Below, piece after piece: positions 63,760 to 64,000 of a DNA stretch of 64,000 nucleotides. The notes under the pieces are model-generated. The model had not been told where the DNA came from. It made no database searches and saw only the letters and a program-made list of their open reading frames with translations. The stretch spans positions 23,446 through 87,445 of the forward strand of contig JBAYHJ010000002.1 in the NCBI GenBank assembly GCA_041666225.1. Reading direction: 5' to 3'. Both the position numbers and the translations under genes were made by a program. Source of the DNA: Minisyncoccota bacterium (GTDB lineage: Bacteria > Patescibacteriota > Minisyncoccia > Phycocordibacterales > UBA9973). Positions within the stretch are counted from its first letter, which is position 1. Each line of letters opens with the position of its first letter.

Positions 63760-64000
63760 TTATTTTTTATTTTTTGAGAGATAATTTTTTATTACTAAAA
63801 AGACTAAGAAAAGTAGAACTACGATAAGAATCCAAAAAGAAACATTTGATATACCTAAAATATTTCCTGCTGATGCTCCTAAAATGTTACCACCAGTATT
63901 ATTTAAATCTTCTGAATTTTGATCACTGTCTTGTTTTGTTGTTTCTGGTATTGATTCTTCTCTAGATGCTCCTAACACTTGTCCTTTATTATTTAAAGCC
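63760..64000 (-). CDS. hypothetical small membrane protein, N-terminus possibly beyond the right window edge
   Basis: The open frame continues to the window edge; the track start is a GTG. Gly/Asn-rich N-terminus followed by a C-terminal TM helix. Confidence 0.3.
   Translation of the reverse strand, partial: ALNNKGQVLGASREESIPETTKQDSDQNSEDLNNTGGNILGASAGNILGISNVSFWILIVVLLFLVFLVIKNYLSKNKK

Noticed and set aside
1-64000. Alternative genetic code (UGA=Gly, code 25) as in some CPR lineages
   Set aside because: Long conserved genes (leuS, valS, lepA, eno) are intact and several end in TGA at the expected position; the standard code fits.
55062-64000. Prophage or integrative element carrying the lexA-like repressor
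   Set aside because: No integrase, terminase, capsid or tRNA-att duplication was seen. The LexA has a full winged-HTH plus S24 architecture and a canonical self-operator, consistent with the chromosomal SOS repressor.
1-64000. CRISPR arrays, IS elements or rRNA genes
   Set aside because: No regularly spaced direct repeats, transposase-like ORFs or rRNA-like conserved stretches were detected by reading the sequence.

Overview
This is an AT-rich (roughly 30% GC), very gene-dense bacterial chromosome segment with standard stop codons. It looks like a Candidate Phyla Radiation / Patescibacteria genome: compact housekeeping genes, and a truncated ValS and pyruvate kinase (inference). Recognisable genes are cysS (partial), ychF, tsaC, leuS, murJ, lepA, ftsB, a glutaredoxin, hsp20, prsW, valS, tsaD, cmk, murE, murC, mrdA, greA, lysS, rsmI, ctpA, rplI, rpmA, rarA, a 2-hydroxyacid dehydrogenase, pyk and eno. 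A split dcw cluster reads mraZ-rsmH-ftsL-ftsI-murF, with helically phased GTGGG MraZ boxes upstream. Four tRNAs are present (Gly-CCC, Arg-CCT, Phe-GAA, Glu-CTC), plus many strong palindromic intrinsic terminators. Things worth a second look: (1) a translationally coupled 3-gene operon at 0.7-4.7 kb built around a 1160-aa protein with a coiled-coil N-terminus and an unknown C-terminus; (2) a truncated IucA/IucC-like (NIS-synthetase-like) ligase plus an alpha/beta hydrolase immediately downstream of tRNA-Phe, and a GH3-family amido synthetase at 48.3 kb; (3) a lexA operon with a Cheo-type GAAC-N4-GTTC box filling the 17-bp promoter spacer, followed by a Pif1-family helicase; (4) a minus-strand array of uncharacterised genes at 58.5-64 kb whose upstream regions share a repeated ~45-75 bp element containing CGAAC/GTTCG half-sites; (5) short genes missing from the ORF track: a 54-aa double-CxxC zinc-ribbon protein and a 22-aa ultra-basic peptide, each with its own terminator; (6) several genes with TATAAT only 6-9 nt before the ATG, suggesting leaderless mRNAs. 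No CRISPR array, integrase, transposase or rRNA was seen.
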